From a virus: 64,000 nucleotides of DNA. The notes beneath the pieces are model-generated. The model did no database searches. It was not told the origin of the DNA and was given only the letters and a program-made list of their open reading frames with translations. The DNA lies in IMG/VR virus record IMGVR_UViG_3300042882_000890, positions 1 through 64,000 of that record, one strand, 5' to 3'. A program made the position numbers and the translations under genes. Below are positions 30,201 to 42,777 of the stretch, piece after piece; the first letter of the stretch is position 1, and each line of letters begins with the position of its first letter.

Positions 30201-30536
30201 ATGAAAAAAGTAGTATTGAATATCGGTTTAAAAGTTGGAGCAGAAGAGCCAAAACAACAACTATCAAGGACGTTAATTTCTTTGTTAGGGTACTTTGCAT
30301 TAACTAATGTAAGAGTTGAAGAAGAGGGTATATATAAAGGTAACGAAGAACGTACCCTAGTAGCTTATTTTGATTCTAGTTCAGAAGAAACTTTAAGTCA
30401 AGCGTTGACTTATTGGTGCGGAGATTTGAAACAAGAATCTATTGCTTATAAGGTTAACGGAGTAGGTGCAATAGCATTCAATACTAACTACACGGGGGAG
30501 AAGTTTCCATTCGACCAAAAATTTTTTAAAGATTAA
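30201..30536 (+). CDS. putative SAM lyase (T3 SAMase-like)
   Basis: GIYKGNEERTLVA and LKQESIAY align with T3 SAMase GCY..TEEKTVRV and WEQDCVLVY. Confidence 0.6.
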   Translation: MKKVVLNIGLKVGAEEPKQQLSRTLISLLGYFALTNVRVEEEGIYKGNEERTLVAYFDSSSEETLSQALTYWCGDLKQESIAYKVNGVGAIAFNTNYTGEKFPFDQKFFKD

Positions 30537-30602
30537 TACAAAAAAGTTTTGCAGTTCAAAAAATAATTATTACATTTGTCAAACAATTTAAAACTATCAA
30601 AA

Positions 30603-31181
30603 ATGAACAGATTAAAAGTAGTACACGACAGCAGTGCAGACAGCCCTAGAGATTGGGACAATTTAGGAACGATGATTTGTTTCCACAGAGGTTACGATTT
30701 GGGGGATAAGCATTCTTACGATTCAGACGATTATTCGGGTTGGGAAGAGATGAAACAAGCAATTATCAAGGAAGAAAATCCAGCAGTAATTCTCCCTTTG
30801 TATATGTACAATCATTCGGGTATAGCTATTAGCACAAAACCTTTCAGTTGTCGTTGGGATAGCGGTCAGATAGGGTTTATATTAGTTAGTAAGAAAAAAG
30901 CCCTAGAGGAGTTCGGGGGCAAGATAGTTACAGCTAAGCTAAAAGAACGCCTAGAAAAAATCCTAGAGGGAGAAGTAGAAACGTACACACAATACGTTGA
31001 GGGCGATGTTTATGGTTTTCAAATAATAGATGAAGACGATGATATAGTCGATAGTTGCTACGGGTTTTACGGAACAGACTTCGCTACTAATGGTATGTTA
31101 GACCATATCGACCACAATTTGTTGGGGGTAGCAGAGGGAGAAGTTGTAGCGTTGCTAGAGGAAGCAGAGATTGAATATTAG
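30603..31181 (+). CDS. conserved phage early protein
   Basis: SPRDWDNLG and PLYMYNHSG..PFSCRWDSGQIGFI motifs typical of a widespread uncharacterised phage family. Confidence 0.65.
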   Translation: MNRLKVVHDSSADSPRDWDNLGTMICFHRGYDLGDKHSYDSDDYSGWEEMKQAIIKEENPAVILPLYMYNHSGIAISTKPFSCRWDSGQIGFILVSKKKALEEFGGKIVTAKLKERLEKILEGEVETYTQYVEGDVYGFQIIDEDDDIVDSCYGFYGTDFATNGMLDHIDHNLLGVAEGEVVALLEEAEIEY

Positions 31182-31300
31182 ATTAGTTAGTTCAAAGCCC
31201 CTCGATAAAAATATTGGGGGGTAATGAAAAAAAGTTTAAAAAAATTAGGTTGGTATTACAGAAAACATTATCTTTACATAGAATTTAAAAATCAGAAATT

Positions 31301-34300
31301 ATGTTACACAACGAGCATTTTTTAAAAGCAGACCGCCTTTATGAAGTTAGGCACGACAACAACGGAAACGCAATCCACGTTTCTATAAAAGACGGGGAAG
31401 CAATCGTTTATCCAAGTATTACAGATTTTATTGGAAGAACTATTTACGGGGAAGAAGTTGAAAGGTTTTACCTAGATGAAGACGATTTAGACAAGCTATA
31501 CGAAAGCGATAGCTATGATTACTACACCTTAAAACAAGAAGCAAAAACAAAAAAATTAATAGATTAACTAGTATGAAAATTGTAACACAAAACGCAGTAG
31601 CTTGTTTCCTTAATTGTGGGAACGCAACATTCAGCAACACAGCAGTTGTAACTGAAAACGGAGTATCAAAGATGTATTTGTTCGGCAACCTTATTGCTAC
31701 CCTCGAACACAGCGTTGGGGGAGTTCTAAAGGTAACTAACGCAGGTTGGAAAAGCAACACTACCAAAGAACGCTTAAATGGTTTACCTAGAGTGAGCATT
31801 CAGCAGAAGAAAGGGGAGTGGTATTTGAACGGGCAGTTGTGGAACGGAGAACTAACACAAGTTTAAACTAGCTTGTACGAAGATTTTAGGGGGGAGTTTT
31901 TCGCCAATTTCTCCCCTCAAAAAATCGGGCAACAGCAAAAAAGAAAACAATATGAAAACAATAGTAGTAGGAACAATAGAGTTCTTGAACAGAAAAGCAA
32001 TAATACATTCAGTAAGTGAGATGTACCAAGCATACACCAAAGAAGAACTAGATGCCCTAGAAGATACATTCTATCACGAGGGAGTAGATTATCTAGTTGT
32101 CGAGGAATACTTCGGGGAGATAGTTGTAACCAATAACGCATTAGTTAGTTTGTTGAAAGGTAATTGGGGGGGCAATATACCCTCAATTACGAATAATGCA
32201 ACAAAATAGGGGGGGCAAATTGTCTAACCCCCGTAAATTTCGATACCTACCTTGTGGGATTCTCAATAAAAGTACAAAATCATTATGAATAATATAATCG
32301 GGCAGTCAGAAGAAACAGCAAAAATGGAAGAAAAATTAGCTAATTTAATAGTGGGAGCAGTCCTAAGTGGGCAAAGAAGTGTAATGGTAGGTTCAATAGA
32401 AGTAAATTGGAAACCCTTGAAGAGCCAACTATCCAAGAAAGAACGTGAAACCCAAGCAAACAAGATAGCCAAAGAGAGTATCAAGGCACTAAAAAGCTAG
32501 GGGGGGAGCATAAGTTACAGATTGAAACCAAAGGGGGTGCAGTCAGTTACAGATTGTAATCAGATTGTGGGGGTTTTGTTGAAAAACGTAACGTTTATAA
32601 GGGGTGGACAGCCCCCTCCTACGATATTAGCCCTTTGTTTTGGGGTTGGAGTTTTAGATTAGATTGTTTAATGTACATATACAAAATTTTATACAGATAT
32701 GGAAAGGTTACAAAAGATTGCTCTTATACGGAGTGTAGTTAAAGTTTGGGGAGATTTTCCTCCTAGTGCGGTAGATGAAAATTTTGGTCTGAGTGTTGGA
32801 GAGTTAGGACGGCTAATAGCGTTGATTGATTTCTTGTCTTTAGATTGTATCGAGGTTTCTATATATGATACTACTAGTTCTTCTAGTTCTAGTTTGGTTG
32901 ATTATACTATTCCTTATTCGGAACTAGAGGATTCAGTTTTAGATGAGTTAGTTTTATTATCTAGGAAGTATAATGAAGTTATGCTAGAACAAGAGCAAGA
33001 GTAGTTTGGCTGTTTTTTTATAAACCCCGAAATTTTATTACAATTATGGAGAAAGTATTATGCAAAGAAACTAACACACTAGTTAGTTTGATTCATCAAG
33101 GTTTTGATATTGCTATTATCAAGAGGGATTCTAGCGATAACCAAGAAAGTGTTAATGTTAGAACACTAGCTATCAAGAAAAGGCAAAGACCAAAAAAGTT
33201 TAAATTTTAACATTTATTATTTGCACAAGTCAGAAACATTACTTATCTTTACCAAGAATTTAAAACACTATCAAAGATGAATTACACAAGATTTTTAAAC
33301 CAAGATTTAGACAACCTAGAAGCAGAAGTATCTAACTACTTCTCACAGCTACTAGAACAGCAAGAAGAGTTCGTAATCTTTTCAGAGGAAGACCTAGAAC
33401 ACGACAGCCCCGATGATTATCTCGAAATGAGAAACGACATCACGGGAGAAGTATTTGATGTACACCCGTTGAAAGTTACCGATAGAGGTATCGAGGTTAT
33501 CGAAGCAGACGGGAGTTTAGCAAAACACCTAGTTAGGTTATCCGACCTATCTAGCATTCAAGACCGAATTAACTTATGTGAATTAATGGAAAACCTTTTA
33601 GACTAACTAATATGAAATCAGTACACGAATTATCAGCAGAAGAGTTACAAGAGTTACGCTCAAACTATTTTCACAGACATTTGACAGATGATGAAATAGA
33701 AGAGAACGATTGGAGTTACGAAAGCGAAGAAGAAATCCCTATGGATATTGTAATAGCATACTACGAGGGTACTTACTTTGTAGAGGAAGACTTCTTCTGT
33801 AATATTACAGATGATGAAGAATTAAGCTACTATGAAGTTTATGATGAATTGACAAATAAGAACTTATTTATTCAAGCACACAGCAACGAACAAGCAATAG
33901 AGTTATCAGAAACTATTGATTTTGATGATTACGAAAATAACGATAGAGTTGATTTAATTTCAAATAAGTTTATTTGTAATTGTTGTGGGGGATTCTTCCC
34001 TAGAGAAGAAATGGATTTTGACGTTGATGACGACCAAGACCTATGTAAGAATTGTAATTACCAATCGTATAACGAAGCCCCTTACGGACAAGATTAAATT
34101 AGCTAATATGAAAACACAGAAAGTAGTTTTTGAACAAGGTAACAAACAAGTTATCCAAGAGGGTAATATCTTCTTCAATAGAATTTTTGAAAATTGCGAA
34201 ACTTTTGAAAGCCAAGACTTCAATACACTAGAGAAAGCGAAGCTAGATTTAGGTATTGCTCCCACTACCCAAGAGAGTAATAAATTGATAGCCGAGTTTA

Positions 34301-37300
34301 TGGAACACCATAATAATATGGGAAACAAAGGTTTACAATATCATTCCGATTGGAATTGGTTAATGGAAGTGGTTGAGAAAATTGAGAGCAAAGGTTTTGA
34401 TGTATTTATAAACACTTTTGTTTGTAGAATTTCAGATGTTGGAGAAGACAGATTTGAAGATATTGAAACATTTAATTCAGCTAGTAAAATCCAAGCAGTT
34501 CATTCAGCAGTAGTAGAGTTTATCAAATGGTATAACAATCAAATTAACTAATTTAACCTTTTTTTTAAAAACGCCCAAAAATAATTTAAAAAAAGTTTGG
34601 TAGTTTCGGAAACAAGTCGTATATTTGTTCAAGATTTAAAACAAACAAGTTATGATAAGATTAAACCTTTCAATCAGCAGAAGTCGTTATTTCGACAGCC
34701 AAAAAGATTTAGCAGAGTTTCTAGGTATCAAGAATACCTCGAAGAAAGCAATCGAGAGTAGATGTAGAGTATTAAGTTTTGAAGTAGAATTTTAAATTAA
34801 GTAATATGATTAGCGAAAACAGAGAAAAAATTAAACAATTATTGTTTGATAGATTTAACACTTCATTCGAGGTAAGTTATAGTGGATTTTGGTGGGAGAT
34901 ATTCCCAACAGATACTCTAAAATTAGCAGAGCGTTTAGAAGTAGATGCGTACAGCGATGATTTTTTGAGTGATGTTGATAAAATTGAAGTAGCAATTAAT
35001 ACCTTATTTTAAATTAGATAGTATGAAGACAGCAGTAGTTTTTAAGAAGATTCAGTTTTTTGGAAATTCAACAGAGGATTTAAAGGGCATTGAAGAAGTC
35101 AACGCTATCTTCCCCGAACATAGCCGAACAGACAGCAGAGGAGAATTGTTATATGAGGGCTATGCTCACATAGGACAGCACACAGAAATCCACGAGGATT
35201 TTTTAAACCACGCCAAAATCGGCAACCATACTTCCGTGTCAGCAACACCCGAAGAGTACGCAGAACTCAAAGCAGAACTAGAACAAATTGGTTACGAATT
35301 AGAAATCTTAAATTAATTAGTATGATACACGAAATAGCACATAAGTTCGGAATGGATACCAACGGGTATGCTTCCTTTCACAACGAGAATTTTTTGAACA
35401 GCCCCGATTTGCCTTGTTACATACCGGAAAATGCAGAGGATAAAAACGACATTTTTACCCGTAATGATTTGCGAAGAGAGGTAGAGGAATGGTTAGATAC
35501 AGAGGAAGCCAAAGACTATCTAGTTGAAGCGTATGACGGAGTTGCTCCCGAAGTTAACGAGGAGTTTATAAATAACTTTGTTGTAAATGTTTACGAGAGT
35601 TTAACGTGGGAATACCCAAGCACTTATTTAGATAACCTTTTAAATTAGTTTATATGAGAACAGCATACGAGTTGTACCAAGTGGCTTTTATAAGACACAG
35701 CGATAGTAGTATGAGTATCGAAGCCCTAGACAGAAAGGGTAGAGTTTTTGTTGCCCACTTGAAACGTACCGATGACAGATATTGGGAGGGAGTTACAGAC
35801 TTTAGGGGTTTAACCAACAGAAAAGTTTTTAAAGGTATTATCCAAGAGTTTCTCCAAGACCTAGTTAACGAAGTCAGAGAGTATGACAAGCGTTGGTATG
35901 ACTTACATTGTATGGTTCGAGTAGAAGAAAACGGAAACAGACCGCTAACGTGGGAAGAAACGTATAGTAGAGGATTTATTAACGAAGACGAGCCGACATT
36001 CAAAGGTGGAGTAACATTTTTAGTTCAAAGATATGAGTAGTAGTAGTATTCAAGAAAATTCAGTAGTGTACTTCAAAGATGATAGAAGTAAGCACCCGTA
36101 CCTAGTACACCAAGTATTAGACAAGAACAATATAATTTTAGGGTTGAAAGACTTTCCGGAAATTGAGCAAGACTTTACAGTATCAGAAGATGATATTAGT
36201 TTATTCAAAGCAGGATTGGAAAGGGATTCAGCAGAGGGATTAATACAAGAACTTTTAAATTAGCTAATATGAAACAGAACGTATTTGTATTTTTAATGGC
36301 TTGTGGGTTTGCTTATCTTACTCACGCTCTTTGTGGGGGAATAACTCTTTCATTTTGGCAACAAGTCGTAGGATTTTCGGTTTGCCTAGTTTTTTGGCTG
36401 TTGTTTTTTGCTCCGGCATTTATTTTAAAAGATAATAAATTATGAAGTGTACATTAAGTAACTTAGATAAAGTGTTTAAAATAATCTATGAACAGCATTT
36501 AGATAATTATGAACACGCTGAATTTGATGATGAAACAGATTTGTTAAGTGCGGTAGAAAGCGTTATAAGACAAATAGAAGAAAAATAATTGTAAAAAAGT
36601 TTGGTAGATTAAAAACTTAATCGTACATTTGTCAAACAAAACAGAGGGATAGCCGAAACCCTAACATAGTAGGCACAAAAACTATAATTATGAAAAGAAC
36701 AATCGGACAGACTTTACTAGCAGTAGAGCAAAATTTAAGTAGTGTATTCACTAAAGAAGACGTAGTGGAGTTATTAAGAAACATCGAGGAAGAAGCAGAA
36801 CTTTCTGACTATAAGAAAGATGAGATTATCAACGACATTATGCAGTCGATTGAGAGTGAAGAAAGCAACCTTGTTGATAGAGATAGTATTAGATTAACAA
36901 TCGACAGCAGTAACTATATTAGCATAGATAGTTTTGACGTTGAGTTCGGCTTAATCAGAAACGTAGTCAAAGACATAATCGAAAACTTGTAGTATGAAAA
37001 TAGATTATACACCAAGACAGCTAGAAGTAATTGACTTTTTAGATAAGTTAGTTCAAAATCGTTTCAATATGGAAACTCTAAATAAAAAGCTATCAGACTT
37101 TTTTGGAGAGCCGATTGAACTAGAGAACAACACACAAGCTAGATTAGACAGCGGAGATTTTACTTGTGATGAAGACCTACCGGCAGATTATAATTTGATG
37201 TTCAACCTAGAACGTGAAGACCAATACGGGTATTTTGATATCTATATGTTACCTATGCGTAGAGAGGGTTTTGAGGGAAGTACAATGTATATAACAGAAG

Positions 37301-40300
37301 TAGGATATGAGTTCGATTAAATTACACGACACAGACTATGTTCTGTGGGATAAAGCCAACGACAGATTAGTTACTTTTAATGACGGAGAAGTTATTATCT
37401 ATGGCGACAGAGAAGAAGCAGAAGAGGATTGTTATGGTAACGAGTATGTTACTAGATGTACAGATTTGCCCGAACATCATAAAGAAGCCCTAAAAAAACA
37501 AATTGAAAAATATTCCTAAAAAAGTTTTGTAGTTTCGTAAAAAGTTGTATCTTTACGGAGAATTTAAAATCAGAAATTATGTGTAAAAAAACTATCAGAG
37601 AGAGAGTGCTAGAGCAAATTGACCTAGTAGAAGAGTTACAAAGTGTAGCCGGAATAAACATCGTTAATTGTGGTAATTGTGGTTCAGTTCTTCTTCACAA
37701 AATTATTCCACTAACAATGGATACACCACTAGAAGATTACGACATAACTTGTCCTTATTGTGATTTCACTAGCGAACCTTGTGATTTCCCCGACTTTTTA
37801 TATCGTGGTATGGAGCATTCGTTAATTATGGATATTGTATTAGCTAGTTTAAGAAAAAATGATACTTTATCTATCGACCAAGCCAAGAGCGTTGAAGATG
37901 CTATTAATAATGGCTACATAGATACTTGCGATATTTTTGAGGATTTCGTTGGATACGTTTCTGAAAATGCAACTATTGACCACGATACATTAATGGACTA
38001 TCAAGAACACTATCAGAATTTATTGTCGCACAAAGAAAATTTAAAAATAATTAAAGAAAGTTTTGGTAATTAGAGAAAAAGTAGTATCTTTACCAAGAAT
38101 TTAAAACCTATCAGTATGAAATTAGTAAAACAACATCGAGAAGCGTTGATAAACGAACTCGATAAAGCCAAAGAAGAAAAAGATTTGGCAGAATTGGTTA
38201 TCCAAAACAAGACAGATGACCATTTAGACGGGTGGCACGACATTAGTTTGTTTATGGCTCAACAGAAAATTAAGTTGATTGAGCAAAGTTTAATTGATAA
38301 CCAAATTGATTTTTAGTATGGAAGCAAAACCGCAATTAAGAAAAGAAGATTTATTGGATTGGTTATTTTCAGAAAACGATGATGTAAATTGGTTAGGGTT
38401 TAAAATAATTAAACAGCTACAAAATACCGGTAGTGCAAAAATTACCATACAAGAGTTGTTTGATGAGTGCGAGTACATTCCGGCACACATTCTTCTGAAC
38501 GAAGAGGAATTTGATGAGGAAGATGAATTTAAACCAAGTGAAGTTGAATTAATAAATTAGTTAGTATGATTAGAGATTTTGACGAGTTAAGAGATATTGC
38601 TATCCGAATGGTTGATAACCTAGTGGAGCAAGGGCTTATTAAAGATTGCACAGACGAACCCGATGACAGCACCGAGTTTGATGTACAAGACTTATTAATG
38701 GAAACATTGATAGACAGCTTACGACAAGACGATTGTATTACCCCTAACGGAGTTGTAGTAGGTAATGTAGAGTTGAAAGAGATTAACGAAGACTATCGTA
38801 TTGCTTTTATAAGTGTTGATGATATTCCTCTAGGTATCTTCACTTTGTTCTATGATGACTATGACGGGGAAGAAGAGCCAAGACCTTATGTTACTATTGA
38901 TTACAATATAACGTATGTTGATGAATTAATCTAAAAAAAGTTTGCATAATTAGAAAAAAAGTATTATCTTTGTAAAAAATTTAACAATATGAAAACAAAA
39001 GTAGTAGTATTTAAAACCGGCAGAGAGTTGCAAGAGTTTTTAAAAGGTGTAGAATATATGCCTTCAATGTTCAACAGAAAAGTAAAAGATAGCCACGTCA
39101 AAAATATGACTAGGAGCATAAAAGAGATTGGCATACAAAGGGTATTCAATATCATTGAAAGTAAATCCTTTGGAGGAGCAAAAACTCTTTATTATGCAGA
39201 CGGACAACATCTAGGTAAAGGTGTACTAAACATTCCGGAGGGAGATTTAAAAGGAGGTTTTGTAGCTTTTATCAACAAAGTAGAAAGCATAGAAAACATA
39301 ATTCCTTTTGTGTCTTTGATGAACTCAACAGCAAAAAATTGGACATTAAATGATTATCTAAACGCTTGGGTTACACACGGATTAGAAGACTATGATTATT
39401 TAAGAAACATAAGTCTAAAGACGGGTTATGGACTATCGGGATTAATAGAAGCATTTTCAAGTAAAGTTTGTAGTGGTAATACAGATTTTAAAAATGGAGT
39501 TTTTGTAGCAAACAAGGAAAATGGAGCAAGATTAATTGAGTTACACAAAAAAGCAGTTGCAATGGGGCTAAGAAATTGTAATTCTTCCTTTTTAGCAGTA
39601 GTAAGGTTTTTTGTAACTAACCCCGAAATTGATGAGGTTAAATTCTTGAAAGGGATAATCAAGGACAAGCATTTTGCAAACAAATTTAACAGAGATAGTT
39701 TTATTTCTCTTTTTAAAACAATTAATTATTAAAGAAAATTTGGTAGATTAGAAAAAAAGTATTATCTTTGTAAAAAATTAAAAACAAAAAAATGAAAGAA
39801 ACAAAAGTAGAAATTGTTGTATCAGAGAATCAAGTAGTAGCAAAATCAACAGAGAGAGTTGTTGGTATCACTAAAAACTCAAAAGGTATTAATGTGGTAC
39901 ATTTCAAAACACCCACTTCAAAAGTGGGAAAAGAGTTAGGAGTAAAAAGCTATTTGTCAGAAGACGAGTTAATCAAAAATTCACTTATCGGGCTTTCAGA
40001 CGAAGCAATCCTAGATTTGCACATATCTTTATCTTGCTATGTTGAAGAAATATTAGGAGTTACAACAGAAAAGTAATCAATCATTCCCCCTTTCGAGGGG
40101 GGGTTTAAAAACTATTAAGATGAGTAAAATAACAGCAGAACAAAGATTAGTCCTTATAAGACAAGATGTAGCAAGACTACTAGAGCAATTACCGGAAGCA
40201 TTATTAGAAACACATATCGAGGGTTTTGAAAACTTAGGGGTAGTATTAAGCAATATTCAAATTGCTTCTGACCAAACAGACAGAGAGCCGGAACACTGGC

Positions 40301-41665
40301 TTGTAACGTGGTACGAAGTGTTTAGAATTGACGAAGAAGACGGTACAGAAACTATCGCTAATTTTGACACAGAGAAACAAGCCAAAGACTTTATGTATGA
40401 TTACTCAATGAGATATCCGGACATAGAGTTAGGTTATGATGAGTGGCAAAGTAACGCAGACGGAAGCGGAGTAGAAAAATTATATCCATTTAATTAAACT
40501 AACTAATATGAGATTTTCAGTAGAATATAACCCAAGTATCTCTAAACACGCAGAGAGATTTATTCAATCAGAAATTACAGCAAGTATGACTTCCGATGAC
40601 GGAGATACTAACCAATACCTAATAGCTTTTGTAGTAGAAAGTTTAGAAGGAGAGAACCAAGACGAAGTGTTTAACCAAGACATATCTTATCTAAAACAAC
40701 TTTTAGACCAAGATGTTGCTTATATCGAGATTTAATTATGGGTGGATTTTTAATAAGCAATATCCCAATGAAGATAATAACTTCAACGGGAACTATAAAT
40801 GCAAAGGCTTCTCTTAGCCCAAGCAAAATGGAAATGAAACCTTTGGGTACAGAGATTCAAGACTATGTAAAAGGAATTGTGAACGAAGAGATAAGAACAG
40901 CAGAAAACGTGGCTTATTTCAAAGGTTTAGTATTAGAAGTATTAAAAGAACAAGGTTTAATTCAAATTAGTTAGTATGAACATAACAATAAACATTTTAG
41001 AAGTAGCAAGTGAACTTGCTGACAAAGATTTAATCACTTCATTCGGAGATGAGGGTGGAAAGTATAGATTCCCAAATGGTATCGTAAGAAGTGTTGATGA
41101 AGATGACGATATGACCGAGTACACAGAAGAAGCCCAAGACTTCTTTAACGATAGATATGACTATTGGTGGGACTTTTTGTATTACCAAAAAATTGGAGCA
41201 AATGAGTAAGTATCTAAACCAAACTAGTATGCTAACAGATTTAGCAATAGCAGATGAAGTAGAACAAGTTATAGATAAAGTAAAAAACTATGACGGGGAA
41301 ACAATGGAGTTTATCTTACGAGAAACCGGACAGCATTATCAAATGCTACGCCAATTAGTAATGGGTATGGATTGGGAAGATGTTAAATATCTTGTCCAAG
41401 AAAGAATGGAATTAGATAAGAAAACTTTAAACGAGTTTTTATGAGCAAAGAAAGCTTAATAATCAGCGGTGGAGAACTCTTTACTTTTTTGACAGATGAC
41501 GAAAGATGTACAAAAGAGCAGAGAACAGAGGTGCTATCTACAATAGAAAATATAGATAACACAGCCGGAAGAAAGTGGATTTTTTATCACGATTGGAAAG
41601 AGTACATCATTGATGAATACAACGAGCATAACGATTTTATTAAGTCTTATACCTTTAGAATATAA
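31301..41665 (+). other. array of about 25 small early ORFs, many strongly acidic
   Basis: Co-oriented 60-190 aa ORFs (e.g. 31301, 31573, 31952, 32285, 32699, 33277, 33612, 34108, 34806, 35023, 35322, 35654, 36033, 36690, 36994, 37307, 37579, 38116, 38318, 38566, 39792, 40120, 40508, 40738, 40976, 41202, 41441) interspersed with host-type promoters. Confidence 0.75.
38989..39732 (+). CDS. ParB/Srx-like N-terminal domain protein
   Basis: NRKVKDSHVKNMTRSI...YADGQH resembles the ParB hDGxHR box, with the R missing. Confidence 0.55.
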   Translation: MKTKVVVFKTGRELQEFLKGVEYMPSMFNRKVKDSHVKNMTRSIKEIGIQRVFNIIESKSFGGAKTLYYADGQHLGKGVLNIPEGDLKGGFVAFINKVESIENIIPFVSLMNSTAKNWTLNDYLNAWVTHGLEDYDYLRNISLKTGYGLSGLIEAFSSKVCSGNTDFKNGVFVANKENGARLIELHKKAVAMGLRNCNSSFLAVVRFFVTNPEIDEVKFLKGIIKDKHFANKFNRDSFISLFKTINY

Positions 41666-41814
41666 CTATGCTGTTATGGATAATTTTGTTAATAAGTATT
41701 TTGTATTTGTTGACTAGGAAGGCGAATTAATTTGTAAATTTGCAGAATGATATTATATATAATCGGGGCTGTTATATTCTTTTGGATATACAGCAACACA
41801 AAAGACTAAAAATT

Positions 41815-42231
41815 ATGACGAGAATTTCAGTTGGTGTTAGAGCAGTAGAATTGTGTGATGCACACTTAATCAAAGAGAGAGTTGAATTAGTTAGGATTCC
41901 TAACGCAGTAAGAACAGGTAAAGCAGTAATCAAGGACATACCAAAAGAGTTTACTCTAGGTACCGGACACGTTAAGTTCTTCTACGATAAAATGGGATAC
42001 TTACATCAGCGATATATCGAATTGACAGAAGAGTGTATTACTAGAGGTTTTAACACCACAGATTTCTCAGATAGTTTTGAGGGCATTTCTCCCTCGCTGT
42101 GGAAAAATTACAATGAAACAACAAAAGACAGAAAAATAGTAGTTCAGAGAGTAAACGAAAGATTACTAGGTATGAAAAACCTAAAGTACAATCGTATGCC
42201 GGTAGAAGTCCAACAAGTTTTAATTAAGTAA
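41815..42231 (+). CDS. denV: pyrimidine dimer DNA glycosylase (T4 endonuclease V-like)
   Basis: MTRI..ELCDAHL..E..RI and FTLGTGHVKFFYDK..YL..RY..L..E...RGF motifs. Confidence 0.92.
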   Translation: MTRISVGVRAVELCDAHLIKERVELVRIPNAVRTGKAVIKDIPKEFTLGTGHVKFFYDKMGYLHQRYIELTEECITRGFNTTDFSDSFEGISPSLWKNYNETTKDRKIVVQRVNERLLGMKNLKYNRMPVEVQQVLIK

Positions 42232-42232
42232 T

Positions 42233-42469
42233 ATGAAGACAGTAATCCACGTTAATCAGCACGTTGTAAAAGCTAACAAAAAGAACGGTACAGAAAATCC
42301 GGTTCTTACTTGTAAGACTTACAAAGAAAATATATATGCCAAAGAGATAGAAATCCTTGATGATAGTGGGAGCGTAGTAGCGAAAGTTATTTACAGCCCC
42401 GACAAACCGTTATCTTGTGGTGCTAGAGTTTGGATAGAAACTCACTACGAAGTGAGGGTAACAAAATAA
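42233..42469 (+). CDS. conserved phage hypothetical protein
   Basis: IHVNQH...YSPDKPLSCGARVWIET motif. Confidence 0.65.
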   Translation: MKTVIHVNQHVVKANKKNGTENPVLTCKTYKENIYAKEIEILDDSGSVVAKVIYSPDKPLSCGARVWIETHYEVRVTK

Positions 42470-42777
42470 AAACTCGTTGCTAGATAGAAATCCTTTCAAA
42501 CTCTGAAATGTAGGTCGTTACTTTGGTCGTTTCGCTGTTGTCGTAGCAATGAGTAAGATATTCATAGTAGGCACAAAAAGTAATATGAGTGACAATCCGG
42601 AAAGACGGATTTAATTTTAAGTCTAATAGCGGTGATTATCACCGGTAACTATAAAAAGAATAAATTATGAAATTATTTGTATTAGGAGTTATAATCGGTT
42701 TTACGTTTGGCATTCTAGTAATTGGATTCTTGTGGGTAAAAACATTAAAAAAAGTTAGTAATCAAAAAAAGTAAATT

